Source of the DNA: an uncultured Alphaproteobacteria bacterium
Lineage (GTDB): Bacteria; Pseudomonadota; Alphaproteobacteria; CAAHEQ01; UBA3637
DNA: 64,000 bases
Assembly: GCA_944392785.1 (NCBI GenBank)
Contig: CALXXW010000013.1
Span: 182,201-246,200, forward strand
Direction: 5' to 3'
The position numbers and the translations under genes are program-made. Below are positions 63,408-64,000 of the stretch, piece after piece. The notes under the pieces are model-generated. The model was not told the origin of the DNA. It saw nothing but the letters and a program-made list of their open reading frames with translations, and searched no databases. Within the stretch, counting starts at the first letter, position 1. Every line of letters begins with the position of its first letter.

Positions 63408-64000
63408 TTAGGAGCATTTCTTTGTCCTGGCATCCCATCTCCCATGACACGATTTGCACTTCTCTTGGGTATTTAAACTGCTGGAACTTAAACTTGTCGG
63501 ACATCTATAACAATAGCTTCCATTCATATACCGTGGTGTGCCACTCTTATCACACTTGGCACATTCGGCCTCCGTCGCTTCATAGCCATATGAAGTGCTG
63601 CAGCTGCGGCAAGAGCCATCAGAACTCAAAAGTCCATCAGGACAATATCCTGGTAGAATACAATAACCGTTTCTCATCTCGCGTGGGGTGCTGCTCTTAT
63701 CACACTTGGAACATTCGGCTTCTGTCGCTGAAACGCCAGAATAATAGCTGCAGCTGTAGCACCCGCCAGAATCACTCAAAAATCCATCAGGACAATAGCC
63801 TGGTATAATACAAAACCCGTTTCTCATCTCGCGATTCAAACACTTGGCACATTCGGCCGCGGTCGCTGAAGGGCTAGATGAATCGCTGCAGCCCCAGCAA
63901 GCGCCAGAGGTATCCTGGAACTGATTCGCTCCACAGTTAATTAACCCACAATAGTCACCAAACATTTTGCGGGGAGTGCTACTGGCATCACACTGGGCAC
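63408..64000 (-). CDS. secreted-type cysteine-rich tandem-repeat protein, 5' partial (continues beyond the window end)
   Basis: At least three ~45-aa repeats (ATEAEC-KCDKS-TPREMRNGYC-PGYCPDG-C-SCS). The frame remains open and repeat-like (QCDASSTPRK) up to base 64000. Confidence 0.55.
   Translation of the reverse strand, partial: AQCDASSTPRKMFGDYCGLINCGANQFQDTSGACWGCSDSSSPSATAAECAKCLNREMRNGFCIIPGYCPDGFLSDSGGCYSCSYYSGVSATEAECSKCDKSSTPREMRNGYCILPGYCPDGLLSSDGSCRSCSTSYGYEATEAECAKCDKSGTPRYMNGSYCYRCPTSLSSSSLNTQEKCKSCHGRWDARTKKCS

Noticed and set aside
63422-63808. Plus-strand 128-aa ORF
   Set aside because: It is antisense to the Cys-rich repeat gene. Its repeated peptide pattern is only a mirror of the minus-strand repeats.

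Overview
This window reads as a chromosomal segment of an alphaproteobacterium, judged from a GcrA cell-cycle regulator and the neighbouring housekeeping genes, with roughly 45% GC by eye. Most of it is conserved core genes: pheS (3' end) and pheT, valS, accB-accC, prfC, tig-clpP-clpX, xseB-ispA, nth, gcrA-polA, rplU-rpmA-obgE-rsfS, smpB, pepP-prmA, yajC-secD-secF, ettA, mltG-fabF-acpP-fabG, six tRNAs and RNase P RNA (rnpB). Several accessory insertions sit between these genes and are not explained by the housekeeping context.

- The strongest is an operon of two large pilin-like proteins (12696..16111). One has a canonical type IV prepilin leader and the other a C-terminal lectin-like fold, and no pilus or secretion machinery lies nearby.
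- A Chlamydia AaxB/AaxC-like module (56041..58162) pairs a pyruvoyl-dependent arginine decarboxylase with an arginine/agmatine-type antiporter. An OprB-family porin sits nearby.
- A membrane-anchored GT10 alpha-1,3-fucosyltransferase-like gene sits between rsfS and smpB.
- Two tandem lipoproteins carry a T4-lysozyme-like N-terminal motif.
- A divergent pair encodes one secreted and one cytoplasmic unknown protein.
- A cysteine-rich tandem-repeat protein runs off the 3' edge of the window, where fabD would be expected.
- A MacAB-TolC-like tripartite efflux operon and an Mla/MCE transporter operon carrying a STAS-MlaE fusion are also present.

No CRISPR array, transposase or integrase was seen. 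A 10-mer, CTTGCATTTT, recurs as an extended -35 element at four promoters of minus-strand genes.
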